From NCBI GenBank assembly GCA_048634875.1, contig JAIVZN010000016.1, positions 1 to 19,832 of the forward strand: a stretch of 19,832 nucleotides of DNA. The letters are read 5' to 3'. The DNA is from Deltaproteobacteria bacterium (GTDB lineage: Bacteria; CG03; SLGR01; JBDRKX01). Below are positions 7,054-16,078 of the stretch, piece after piece. A program made the position numbers and the translations under genes. A model generated the notes under the pieces. It was not told the DNA's origin. It made no database searches and saw nothing but the letters and a program-made list of their open reading frames with translations. Position 1 is the first letter of the stretch. Every line of letters begins with the position of its first letter.

Positions 7054-9195
7054 TTAAATACTTATAAGAGTAACACATCCGAGACTTAAAATCCCTATAG
7101 CAAGTAAAACATCTATAATTCCCATTACAGGGACCATAATTATTGCTCCAATGCATGCAAATAAAAATCCTGAAAGTATAAGTGTATATAATTTAAGTAC
7201 TTCATTGCTGCTGTTTGCTAATATCAGATAACTGTTTATTCCTGAATATAGAATACTTCCAAAAAGAAATCCCCCGATAAATGTAAATATAAATGTACAT
7301 ACAAATGAAGGCGGGGAAATCATTATTTCAAATACCGCTGCAAGCAGTATTAAGAATAACACTGACAGTGTTAAGAATATTCTGAAAGCAGAAATAAATA
7401 CAGCAGGATGTTTTTTTTCTAATAATATTATTGAAAATATCAAACCAATTGCTGTACCTGCGAGTAAGAGCGGTATAAACCGGTATATCTGTCCTGTGCC
7501 TGAATGAAATGAAACAGTGGTATTATAGAGAAATACAGCAAAAACGAAACCTGCTGCAGGGAGTGTAATCTTTAATTTAGTTTCAATAGTTTTCTTTGAA
7601 AACAGCTTTAAAAAGATTAAAATAAAAACTATCAATATAACATAAATAAAATTAGAGTTAATACTTTCACTTAGATTTATAAAAAAACCGGATAATACTC
7701 CAAATGTATAGAGTAACTCATGCAAGGCAAACTTGAGTGATGCAGGTTTAGTGTCAGTATTGATGGAGACACAATTAATATCTAAATCTTTCATTACCTG
7801 TTCTTTTGAATTTATCTTGTATTTTATAAGTGATGGCGATATATAATCAGGAATATCCTCTAAAGCATTCAAAAACTCCGAGAGAGCCCTGTGTGAAGTT
7901 GTGAAATTGCGGTTGTGCGAGGCAAGAATCTGTATTCTTTTTCCATATGATTCTAATGTATTTGGAAATGTTTTTTTCAGGGTATTGTACGCAGTTGCAG
8001 AAAGGAACTTGCGATTTCTGCTTAAATTTTCTTCACCTGTTTTAATTGCAATTGAAATCATTGAATTATTTGATAACACTGAACTGGTTTCCTTGAAAAA
8101 TTCATTGGTGTAGTATCTGTTAAAAAAAATATTTGTAGGGTCAGGAAGTGTTATGATTACAATGTCAAAAATTTTTCCTTTTTCCAGTTTTTTTATAAAA
8201 CTTCGCGGGTCTGAATTATTTAATATTCTGAGTTTTTCAGGATATGTAAATTTAGCCGGCAGTATTTTCCAGCCTTTCTCAAAACAATCAGGCACAGGAT
8301 TAGCCCAGTAGACATTTTTTATATTTGGATATCTTAAAACTTCTTCAATTATTTCATTCCAGCCGCCAATTACAAGTATGCTTTCTGCCCATGGGTATTG
8401 TAATAAAGATGTATGAACTATTTCCTGTGTATTGTGTGTATCAGGGTATTTAAAAAGTCTTGAATGGTTTATTGAAAATATGTATGTATCTCTCTTTTTG
8501 TGGATATAAAGTTCTCCATATGAAGTTATATCGTTTGATATAAGGGTTGTTTTAAATTCTCTTACAAATGATTTTATACTGCAGTTGATATCTTTTGGTA
8601 TTGAACTGAATATCAGTAAAATCAATGCGGTTGCAATAATTCCATATTTAAATTTTGGCAGAGTTTCATATGCTGTAAAACAAAGGACAATAAATCCAAG
8701 AGCGGTTATTACTAAAGCAGAATATAAAAGTTCAAAACGCCATAAAACTATAATGTCAATTAAAAAGTAAAGAGCAGAACCAAAAAATAAAAATTTCATG
8801 TTCAATTTTTTTGTAAGTAATTCATTAAAAAATATCACAAAAGACAAAGCAACAGGCAGAAAAATAAAAAGCGGATAAATTGTCAATGCGTACCATGGAA
8901 GTGGACTGGAAAAGGATAATCCTAACACAATCTTTTCCTGCGACATCAATATGCAGAAAAAAGGTGTATACATGGAACATAATAATACTGATAGGTTAAA
9001 CAGCCTGTGTTTTTTAAGAATGCCGGTTATATTTTTATAGAAAAGGAAACCTGCTAAAATTTCTATTCCGAAGATGAAGAAAAATACTGGCAGATGAAAT
9101 AGAGGAAGCTGTGATAATATAAAAAAACCGCGGAATATTAATATCAATTCCGCGGCTAAAAATGCTCCGAACAATATCAGTGCGGAGATTGTCAT
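7054..9195 (-). CDS. Polytopic membrane protein (713 aa) with a central spermidine-synthase-like (aminopropyltransferase-fold) domain flanked by N- and C-terminal multi-TM regions
   Basis: About 6 TM helices lie at each end. The central block DIVIITLPDPTNIFFNRYYTNEFF matches the SpeE DVIISDCTDPxGP...LFTxEFY block. The SAM-binding GGGDGG motif is degenerate (ILVIGGWNEI). Confidence 0.55.
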   Translation of the reverse strand: MTISALILFGAFLAAELILIFRGFFILSQLPLFHLPVFFFIFGIEILAGFLFYKNITGILKKHRLFNLSVLLCSMYTPFFCILMSQEKIVLGLSFSSPLPWYALTIYPLFIFLPVALSFVIFFNELLTKKLNMKFLFFGSALYFLIDIIVLWRFELLYSALVITALGFIVLCFTAYETLPKFKYGIIATALILLIFSSIPKDINCSIKSFVREFKTTLISNDITSYGELYIHKKRDTYIFSINHSRLFKYPDTHNTQEIVHTSLLQYPWAESILVIGGWNEIIEEVLRYPNIKNVYWANPVPDCFEKGWKILPAKFTYPEKLRILNNSDPRSFIKKLEKGKIFDIVIITLPDPTNIFFNRYYTNEFFKETSSVLSNNSMISIAIKTGEENLSRNRKFLSATAYNTLKKTFPNTLESYGKRIQILASHNRNFTTSHRALSEFLNALEDIPDYISPSLIKYKINSKEQVMKDLDINCVSINTDTKPASLKFALHELLYTFGVLSGFFINLSESINSNFIYVILIVFILIFLKLFSKKTIETKLKITLPAAGFVFAVFLYNTTVSFHSGTGQIYRFIPLLLAGTAIGLIFSIILLEKKHPAVFISAFRIFLTLSVLFLILLAAVFEIMISPPSFVCTFIFTFIGGFLFGSILYSGINSYLILANSSNEVLKLYTLILSGFLFACIGAIIMVPVMGIIDVLLAIGILSLGCVTLISI

Positions 9196-9196
9196 T

Positions 9197-9400
9197 TTAT
9201 TCCATAGTTATTGCTGATACAGGGCAGACTTCCTCGCATGTCCCGCAACCGGTGCAGTCTTCAGGCCGGGCAAGAATTGAAACATCTGTTTCCATTTCAA
9301 GTGCATTTGTTGGACATTCATCAATACAAATTGTGCATCCTGTGCAGGTATCTGCATCTATTACAGGTTTTTCATTATCTGACATAATTCCCTCCTTCAT
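9197..9400 (-). CDS. Small 2x[4Fe-4S] ferredoxin
   Basis: Two CxxCxxCxxxCP motifs in 67 aa (CTGCTICIDECP, CTGCGTCEEVCP). It lies 1 nt upstream of the membrane-protein gene on the same strand. Confidence 0.8.
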   Translation of the reverse strand: MKEGIMSDNEKPVIDADTCTGCTICIDECPTNALEMETDVSILARPEDCTGCGTCEEVCPVSAITME

Positions 9401-9479
9401 TTTAATTTACTGTAGTTGCAAAGCTTGCGTTGCTTTTGAAAGAAATTGTAACATTGATATAACAAATTTCCATTTTTTT

Positions 9480-9508
9480 TTCAAATTTAATTATATTTTG
9501 CTATAATA
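9480..9508 (+). promoter_or_regulatory. Putative sigma70-type promoter (TTCAAA, 17-bp spacer, TATAAT) for the SPFH-hflX-pgsA-der-plsY-gpsA operon
   Basis: Hexamers read directly from the sequence. They sit ~80 nt upstream of the ATG at 9590 inside a divergent intergenic region. Confidence 0.35.
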
Positions 9509-9519
9509 ACTAAAATTGG

Positions 9520-9576
9520 GTAAAGTGTAAAGAGTGAATTTTTTTTTGCTTTACGTTTTACAGTTAACGCTTTACA
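9520..9576 (+). promoter_or_regulatory. Leader hairpin or operator. GUAAAGUGUAAAG (9520-9532) pairs fully, including G.U pairs, with CUUUACGUUUUAC (9549-9561). A third CTTTACA repeat lies at 9570-9576.
   Basis: A 13-nt inverted repeat separated by a T-rich 16 nt. It is perfect as RNA on the + strand and has 2 mismatches as DNA. It sits between the predicted -10 and the ribosome-binding site. Confidence 0.35.
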
Positions 9577-9589
9577 ATAGGAGGTAAAA

Positions 9590-10552
9590 ATGGGTGCATT
9601 GTTTTTGTTGGTTTTTATTGTTATTGCTGTAGTGGTATTTAATGCCATGTTCGGCTCATCTGAAAAGGAGGAAGGTTCAATGGAAAAAGTTATTGATCTT
9701 AAAGGCGAGGTAAAGAAAAAAGCACATATGATAATTATTGGTGTTATTGCGTTTCTTATATTGATCACAGTTATAAAAGGAATTGTGGTTGTTCCCGCAG
9801 GGCACAGGTATGTTGTATTTAATATTTTTAAAGGGGTGCTGGAAAATGAACTTGATGAAGGAATACATATAATACTGCCATACTTAAATACAGTTTCTTC
9901 ATATGATGCAAGGCTGCAGGAATATACAATGTCAAGCATAAGGGGAGAAGGCAGAGTAAATGCGCCTGATAGTCTGTGGTCTCCGACAAAAGAAGGATTG
10001 CAGGTTGGAATTGACCTTACTGTCTGGTATAAAATTGATCCACAGAAAGTTTCTGTGTTACATCAGGAGATTGGTCCTGCATTTGAATCAAAAATAATAA
10101 GACCTTCAGTACGGTCAACTGTAAGACATCATATATCTAAATATGCCATTATGGATGTGTATTCCAAGAAAAGAAAAGAGATAGAAGATAATATATTTAA
10201 TGATTTAAAAGAGCAGTTAACAGTCAATAATATTTTAGTTGAAGGGGTAAAATTAAGAGATGTGATTTTTAAGGATAAATTTGCTGCTTCTATTGAACAG
10301 AAACAGGTTGCCCAGCAGGAGATGGAAAGATGGGAATATATAAAGAAGCAGAGGGAAAAGGAAGCTGATGCAAGAATAATAGAAGCTAAAGGTAAAGCTG
10401 AAGCTATGAGAATTATTGCAAAGCAACTGAAAGCTAACCCTGATATAATAAAATATAATTATGTTGAAAAACTTTCTGATAATATAAGTGTTATAGTAAC
10501 TGATCAATCAACGATTATGGATTTAAAAGGAATGCTTGACCGGAAAAAATAA
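9590..10552 (+). CDS. SPFH/band-7 (prohibitin/HflK/C-like) membrane protein
   Basis: Strong AGGAGGT ribosome-binding site; N-terminal TM segments; SPFH-domain and coiled-coil (QQEMERWEYIKKQREKEADARIIEAKGKAEAMR) tail typical of band-7 proteins. Confidence 0.8.
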   Translation: MGALFLLVFIVIAVVVFNAMFGSSEKEEGSMEKVIDLKGEVKKKAHMIIIGVIAFLILITVIKGIVVVPAGHRYVVFNIFKGVLENELDEGIHIILPYLNTVSSYDARLQEYTMSSIRGEGRVNAPDSLWSPTKEGLQVGIDLTVWYKIDPQKVSVLHQEIGPAFESKIIRPSVRSTVRHHISKYAIMDVYSKKRKEIEDNIFNDLKEQLTVNNILVEGVKLRDVIFKDKFAASIEQKQVAQQEMERWEYIKKQREKEADARIIEAKGKAEAMRIIAKQLKANPDIIKYNYVEKLSDNISVIVTDQSTIMDLKGMLDRKK

Positions 10553-10555
10553 AAG

Positions 10556-11815
10556 TTGTGGGATTTACAAAACACTGATATTGAAAATACTGTTCTAATT
10601 GGAATAGATTCTCCGGTTTCAGAAGTACCGTTAGATGAGAGCCTCCGGGAATTGCATCAATTAGCTAAAACTGCCGGCGCTAAAGTTTCAGGTAAAGTTA
10701 CTCAGAAAAGGGAACATCCGCATCCTGTATATTATTTTGGCACAGGTAAATTAAAAGAGTTAAAGGATTTTGTTCTTGTCAATAGTTTACAACTGGTTAT
10801 TGTTGATGACGAATTAACTCCAACGCAGGAAAAAAATCTTGAGGAGGAATTAGGTTGTAAGGTAATTGACAGAACACGCCTGATACTTGATATTTTTGCA
10901 ATTCATGCTTCTTCAGGTGTCGGAAAACTCCAGGTTGAATTAGCTCAAATGGAATATTATCTGCCCCGATTAAAAAATATCTGGACTGAGTTCTCAAAAC
11001 TTGGCGGCGGTATAGGAACAAGGGGGCCGGGTGAGAAAAAAATTGAAATTGACCGCAGAATTATCAGTGATAGAATTACTGCAATTAAAAGGAAACTCAG
11101 GATAACTGCTGTTCAGGGAAGGGACCGCAGAAAACGAAGATATGAATCCTTTAAAAAAAACATCTGTTTGGTTGGATATACAAACTCGGGTAAATCTACA
11201 GTAATGAATGTATTAACAGGAGCAGGTGTTGAAGTTGCAAATAAACTTTTTTCTACACTTTCTCCAACTACAAGAAAGTTAAACTGCGGAAAACACGATG
11301 TTCTTTTAACTGATACTGTTGGTTTTATCAGAAAACTTCCGCATCAGGTAGTGGAGGCTTTTATGGCAACCTTGGAACAGGTGAAAGAAGCTGATTTACT
11401 TCTTCATGTTATTGATATTTCATTTGAAAATTACAGGCATCAGATAGAAGCTGTAAAAAATGTATTAATAGAACTTAATGCTATGGACAGGCCGATTTTA
11501 AGAGTGTATAATAAGATTGACAGGACATCCTTCCAGCCAAAAATAAAGGAAAGTAATCCGCCTTCTGTATTTGTATCAGCATTAAAAAATGATGGAATCC
11601 AGGAATTAAAAAATCAGATAGAAAAGCAGCTGGATGAAGGTATAAGTGAAGTCAGGTTCAGGGTGCCTCAGACAAGGCAGGATATTATTAACTCTATATA
11701 TGAAAATTCATGTGTTATTGAACGAAAATATGTGAAGAATGATGTTATCATAAAATGTTATTTAAACAGAGATTTAATTTCTGCATACAGGAGTTATGTA
11801 ATAAAAGGAGACTAA
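10556..11815 (+). CDS. hflX: GTPase HflX
   Basis: HflX N-domain followed by G-domain motifs GYTNSGKST (G1), DTVGF (G3) and NKID (G4). The TTG start lies 3 nt after the SPFH stop. Confidence 0.85.
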   Translation: MWDLQNTDIENTVLIGIDSPVSEVPLDESLRELHQLAKTAGAKVSGKVTQKREHPHPVYYFGTGKLKELKDFVLVNSLQLVIVDDELTPTQEKNLEEELGCKVIDRTRLILDIFAIHASSGVGKLQVELAQMEYYLPRLKNIWTEFSKLGGGIGTRGPGEKKIEIDRRIISDRITAIKRKLRITAVQGRDRRKRRYESFKKNICLVGYTNSGKSTVMNVLTGAGVEVANKLFSTLSPTTRKLNCGKHDVLLTDTVGFIRKLPHQVVEAFMATLEQVKEADLLLHVIDISFENYRHQIEAVKNVLIELNAMDRPILRVYNKIDRTSFQPKIKESNPPSVFVSALKNDGIQELKNQIEKQLDEGISEVRFRVPQTRQDIINSIYENSCVIERKYVKNDVIIKCYLNRDLISAYRSYVIKGD

Positions 11816-11863
11816 GAGATTAGGAGATTAAGTAATTAAGTTTTATGAAAAAACCTAATCTCT
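11815..11863 (+). promoter_or_regulatory. Inverted repeat AGAGATTAGG...CCTAATCTCT (10-bp stem, ~29-nt loop) between hflX and pgsA. It may be an attenuator or processing hairpin.
   Basis: Read directly. There is no convincing T-tract, so it is not called a terminator. Confidence 0.3.
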
Positions 11864-11895
11864 GAATTTCTCTGGAAAGTGGAAGGTTGAAAGTG

Positions 11896-12423
11896 ATGAA
11901 TTTAGCGAATTATATAACAATTTTCAGGTTAGTTATGGTCCCTGTTTTTCTGATATTAATTTCAGGGGAATTCTACCCGGCAGCATTAATTATTTTTATT
12001 ATAGCAGCAGCAGGTGACGCTGTTGATGGATTTATTGCAAGAAAAACAAAATCCATTACACCGTTAGGAAGATTTATTGACCCTATGGCTGATAAACTGC
12101 TTCTTGTGTCGGCATTTGTGTCACTGACAATTTTAGGAAAGATACCTGTCTGGCTTACAGTTATTGTAATCTCAAGAGATATAATATTGTTTGTAGGGTG
12201 GTTAGGAATTTATATTGTTACCGGCGTAAAATCCATTAACCCGAGCATTGTAAGTAAAATTACAACTTTCATACAGATGGTTACAATAGTTGCAGTAATG
12301 CTGAATATGCACATAAAAGATTTTATTTTTAATATTGCTGCGTTATTGACAACTATTTCAGGGTTACATTATGTTATAAGAACAGCAGTGAAACTGCCAG
12401 AATACATAAATTCCAATGATTAA
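11896..12423 (+). CDS. pgsA: CDP-diacylglycerol--glycerol-3-phosphate 3-phosphatidyltransferase (CDP-alcohol phosphatidyltransferase family)
   Basis: Carries the motif DAVDGFIARK...G...DPMADK (D-G-x2-A-R...G-x3-D-x3-D) and multiple TM helices. The ATG is at 11896 with a GGAAGG ribosome-binding site; the track start at 11887 is a TTG alternative. Confidence 0.8.
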   Translation: MNLANYITIFRLVMVPVFLILISGEFYPAALIIFIIAAAGDAVDGFIARKTKSITPLGRFIDPMADKLLLVSAFVSLTILGKIPVWLTVIVISRDIILFVGWLGIYIVTGVKSINPSIVSKITTFIQMVTIVAVMLNMHIKDFIFNIAALLTTISGLHYVIRTAVKLPEYINSND

Positions 12424-13774
12424 AACTATTGCAATAATAGGAAGACCTAATGTAGGTAAATCAACTTTGTTTAATACTCTTATTAATAGAAAAGAGGCTC
12501 TTACATCTCCAAATCCGGGATTGACCAGGGACAGAACATATTCGTATTTTAACCCGGAGGGTAATCTTAAATATTTGCTGATAGATACAGGCGGGTTTAT
12601 GTTAGGTACAGAAAAACCACTTGTAGAGAAAGTTAATATTCAGGTAGATGTAGCTATCCAGCAGGCGGATTTACTGTTATTTCTTGTTGATGCAAAAGAA
12701 GGTCCTGTACCAATGGATGTGGACATAGCGCAAAAACTGAGAAAAACTTTTAAACCTGTTATACTTGTAGCAAATAAGGCGGATATGCCTGAAAGAGATA
12801 TTCATTCTAACGAGTTTTTTGAGCTTGGATTTGGTGAAGTAATAGCTGTATCTGCTCTTTTAAAGAGGAATATGTCAGGTTTAATTGATAAGATAATAAG
12901 TAAGCTTCCTGATAGTGTTGAAGATAAAAAAACAAATGGACATCTGACCCTTTCGGTTGTCGGTAAACCCAATGTAGGGAAATCAACTTTAGTAAATAGA
13001 ATGGTTGGCGAAAAGAGAGTTATTGTTGATGAAGAGCCCGGCACAACAAGGAATCCTGCAAAATGTTATCTTGAAATAAATGGAAAAGAGTGGGAACTTG
13101 TTGACCTTGCTGGAATATCCAGAAGAAAAAGAGGAAAAGATGAAGAAGATGTTATCAGTATGGTTGCAGCGCGCAGGGAAATTGAACGATCGGATGCCTG
13201 TATATTTCTTCTTGATTTAACGCAAGGCTTGTCATTTGTTGACAGCCGTATTGCAGGCTGGATAGTGGAAACAGCAACCCCGGTAATAATTGCTGGAAAC
13301 AAAAAAGATTTAATTGAGGAAACAGAGGAAATGGAGGAATCATATTTTCTGAGTTTAATTGAACAGATGCCTTTTATGGATTTTGCGTCTTTTGTTATGA
13401 TTTCAGCAAAAGAAGGTCAGGGTATAAAAAGAATTCATGAAGAACTGGGCAAAATTATGAAAAACTCATTTAAGGAGATACCGCAGGAAGAACTTGACTT
13501 GCTCTTAAAAAAAATAATCAGCAAGCGGCCGCCACCGAAAGCAGCAAATGTCAGGCCACGGGTTTTAAAACTCTATCAGGAAAGTGTAAATCCGCCTGTT
13601 TTTAAACTGCGCATTAACCATTATAGGCTTGACAAAATTCCCCAACATTGGAAAAATTATGTAAGAAATTCAATATATAAAGAGTTTGATTATTATGGTG
13701 TGCCATTAACTGTAAAATTTATTCCTCACATAGGACGAAGAGCAGGAAAAGGGATAAGGATTAAAAAGCAATGA
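12416..13774 (+). CDS. der: Ribosome-biogenesis GTPase Der (EngA)
   Basis: Two tandem G-domains (GRPNVGKSTLFN; GKPNVGKSTLVN) plus a C-terminal KH-like domain. Overlaps pgsA by 8 nt. Confidence 0.9.
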   Translation: MIKTIAIIGRPNVGKSTLFNTLINRKEALTSPNPGLTRDRTYSYFNPEGNLKYLLIDTGGFMLGTEKPLVEKVNIQVDVAIQQADLLLFLVDAKEGPVPMDVDIAQKLRKTFKPVILVANKADMPERDIHSNEFFELGFGEVIAVSALLKRNMSGLIDKIISKLPDSVEDKKTNGHLTLSVVGKPNVGKSTLVNRMVGEKRVIVDEEPGTTRNPAKCYLEINGKEWELVDLAGISRRKRGKDEEDVISMVAARREIERSDACIFLLDLTQGLSFVDSRIAGWIVETATPVIIAGNKKDLIEETEEMEESYFLSLIEQMPFMDFASFVMISAKEGQGIKRIHEELGKIMKNSFKEIPQEELDLLLKKIISKRPPPKAANVRPRVLKLYQESVNPPVFKLRINHYRLDKIPQHWKNYVRNSIYKEFDYYGVPLTVKFIPHIGRRAGKGIRIKKQ

Positions 13775-14355
13775 GACTGATTAATTTAATAATTTATGCA
13801 GTTTTAGTATTTCTTTTAGGTTCCATACCATTTTCCTATATAATAACCAGGTATGTCGGAAAGAAAGATATAAGAAAAATAGGCAGTGGAAATCCGGGAG
13901 CGACAAATGTTGTCAGGGCTCTTAATATATGGTATGGGTTATTGGTTTTATTTCTTGATACGGGGAAAGGATTGTTACCTGTATATTTTGCCAAGCAGTC
14001 TAATAATCCTTTACTTGTGGTTGTAGTTGCATTAGCTGTTGTCCTTGGCCATGACTATTCACCTTTTCTTGGATTTAAAGGCGGTAAGGGTGTGGCAACA
14101 AGTACAGGAATATTTATCATACTTGCTCCTGTTCCCACAGTGCTTGTTGCTATCATATTTTTTCTTGTAACAAGTATTTTTAAATTTATATCTTTTGGTT
14201 CAGTCTTAGCTTCATTTTCATATCCAATAGTTGCATATCTTCTTGGCTATACCGAGTATTTGTGGCTTGCAATAGTGTTAGGCGCATTGATAATTTATAA
14301 ACATAAAGAAAATTTAAAAAGGTTATGGCATGGAAAAGAAAAAAGAGCAATATAA
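13771..14355 (+). CDS. plsY: Glycerol-3-phosphate acyltransferase PlsY
   Basis: GSGNPGATNV...HDYSPFLGFKGGKGVATS motifs and a polytopic membrane profile. Overlaps der at its ATGA stop/start. Confidence 0.85.
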   Translation: MRLINLIIYAVLVFLLGSIPFSYIITRYVGKKDIRKIGSGNPGATNVVRALNIWYGLLVLFLDTGKGLLPVYFAKQSNNPLLVVVVALAVVLGHDYSPFLGFKGGKGVATSTGIFIILAPVPTVLVAIIFFLVTSIFKFISFGSVLASFSYPIVAYLLGYTEYLWLAIVLGALIIYKHKENLKRLWHGKEKRAI

Positions 14356-15352
14356 TATTGCAGTTTTAGGCGCTGGAAGCTGGGGAATAACACTGGCAAA
14401 CCTGCTCTATGAAAATAACAATAAGGTTACTCTATGGGAGTTTGCCCCGCAGCAGGCAGAAAAATTAAAAAAAATCCGAACTTTTGTTTCTTTAAAAGGT
14501 TTTAAGATTCCTGAGAGTATAAACATTACAGATTCTCTTAAAGATGCAATTGTTGATTCAGATTATATAGTTATTTCCGTTCCGTCTTCTGCCATAAAAT
14601 CACTGGCAATTGAACTTGCTGCCCTTAACATAAATTCTTCAACAATTATTGTAAGCACAATTAAAGGTTTTGAAAGAACAACTCTCAAGAGGCCATCAGA
14701 GGTCTTAAGGGATTATCTTGGCAGTAACAGCCACATTGCTGTTTTGTCAGGTCCAAGTCATGCTGAAGAGGTAGTAAGAAAAATTCCAACAGCAGTAGTT
14801 GTAGCTTCAGTTAATTCAAATACAAATATAAAGTTACAAAAGCTGTTTTCAAACCTTTATTTCAGAGTCTATACTTCCTCTGACATAAATGGTGTTGAAC
14901 TTGGTGGAGCTCTTAAAAATATAATAGCAATAGCTTCAGGCATATCAAGCGGTTTGAAGTTAGGAGATAATACAAGAGCTGCTTTAATAACAAGAGGGAA
15001 TGCAGAAATTGCCCGGCTTGGTATTGAACTCGGGGCAAAGAGAACGACTTTCAGCGGGTTATCAGGTATAGGGGACTTAATAGTCACCTGTTTTTCTGAA
15101 TATTCAAGGAATTTCAGGTTTGGAAGGTATATAGGGCAGGGCTATAGTTTTGATGAAGCGCTCCAGAGAATTGATACAACAGTAGAAGGTATTAATACTA
15201 CAAAAAGCTGTTATAAACTTTCAAAGAAACTTAAAGTTCAGATGCCTGTGTGCAGTAAAGTTTATGAGACGCTTTTTAAAGGTAAATCTGTAAATATAGC
15301 ATGGAAGGAGTTAATGCTGAGACCTCTGAAAAGTGAAGATTTTGGTAGATGA
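14330..15352 (+). CDS. gpsA: NAD(P)H-dependent glycerol-3-phosphate dehydrogenase
   Basis: N-terminal Rossmann motif VLGAGSWGITLA and a GpsA-like C-terminal domain. Overlaps the plsY 3' end. Confidence 0.85.
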   Translation: MEKKKEQYNIAVLGAGSWGITLANLLYENNNKVTLWEFAPQQAEKLKKIRTFVSLKGFKIPESINITDSLKDAIVDSDYIVISVPSSAIKSLAIELAALNINSSTIIVSTIKGFERTTLKRPSEVLRDYLGSNSHIAVLSGPSHAEEVVRKIPTAVVVASVNSNTNIKLQKLFSNLYFRVYTSSDINGVELGGALKNIIAIASGISSGLKLGDNTRAALITRGNAEIARLGIELGAKRTTFSGLSGIGDLIVTCFSEYSRNFRFGRYIGQGYSFDEALQRIDTTVEGINTTKSCYKLSKKLKVQMPVCSKVYETLFKGKSVNIAWKELMLRPLKSEDFGR

Positions 15353-15384
15353 AAATAATTGAGCCCATTATTTTAGGTCTGCAA

Positions 15385-15423
15385 CCCCTACGCAAAACTG
15401 TAGGGGCTTGATTTATCAAGCCC
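15385..15423 (+). terminator. Two overlapping GC-rich hairpins (cccctac-N8-gtagggg and gggcttga-ttta-tcaagccc) downstream of gpsA. A weak terminator or attenuator; no clear T-tract.
   Basis: Read directly from the sequence. Confidence 0.3.
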
Positions 15424-15443
15424 GATAAAGGAATTATTTACTT

Positions 15444-15710
15444 ATGAATAAAAATGATATAATAGAAAGTGTGGCAAATGTAACATGCGCTAAAACAGAA
15501 GCAAAAGACTCTGTGGAAATGTTCATAAAGACTGTTAAAGAAGCATTGAAAAATGGCGAAAAAGTTACAATATCGGATTTTGGAACTTTTTATGTAAAAT
15601 TCAGGAAAGCGCGGATAGGAAGGAATCCAAGGACAGGTGAAACAATTGACATACATCCGCAAAAAGTAGTAAAATTTACCCCAGCTCCTAAATTAAATAA
15701 AGAATTATAA
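15444..15710 (+). CDS. HU/IHF-family nucleoid DNA-binding protein
   Basis: GFGTFYVKFRKARIGRNPRTGETIDI matches the HU/IHF arm motif (GFGxF...RxGRNPxTGE). Length 88 aa. Confidence 0.8.
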   Translation: MNKNDIIESVANVTCAKTEAKDSVEMFIKTVKEALKNGEKVTISDFGTFYVKFRKARIGRNPRTGETIDIHPQKVVKFTPAPKLNKEL

Positions 15711-15730
15711 GGAAATAAAAGCATTTACAC

Positions 15731-16078
15731 ATGAAGAAGTATTTAACTATAAGTGAGGTTTCAAATATTACGAATATTCCTTCTTATACGCTTAGATACT
15801 GGGAATCTGAGTTCAGTCTGCTTCGGCCAATGAAGAGGGAAAGCGGACAGAGGCGGTATACTCAGAATGATGTTCATACTATTGAAAAAATAAAAAAACT
15901 CCTTTATGAAGAAAAATACAGTATTGCTGGTGCTAAGAAGCAGATAACAAAAGAGAAAAAGCTATACACTAACCAACTTGAAATACCTTTAACTACTTCA
16001 AGTGCTGCAATCAAAATTTTAAAAAAAACAAAAGAAGATCTTTTTAAAATTAAAGAGCAGTTAAACAAAGAGGTTTAA
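15731..16078 (+). CDS. MerR-family transcriptional regulator
   Basis: N-terminal MerR-type helix-turn-helix (LTISEVSNITNIPSYTLRYWE) followed by a coiled-coil tail. The adjacency to an HU/IHF gene resembles the ihfA-merR-like gene pair found in many bacteria. Confidence 0.7.
   Translation: MKKYLTISEVSNITNIPSYTLRYWESEFSLLRPMKRESGQRRYTQNDVHTIEKIKKLLYEEKYSIAGAKKQITKEKKLYTNQLEIPLTTSSAAIKILKKTKEDLFKIKEQLNKEV

Noticed and set aside
6905-7156. 83-aa - strand ORF spanning the ncRNA copy 1 and the 3' end of the membrane-protein gene
   Set aside because: It overlaps the - strand 713-aa CDS in another frame and the structured element, and has no support.
9162-9939. ORFs 9162-9506 (+) and 9487-9939 (-) over the divergent promoter region and the SPFH gene start
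   Set aside because: They cross a promoter-rich intergenic region and overlap the strongly supported ferredoxin and SPFH genes; their composition is low complexity.
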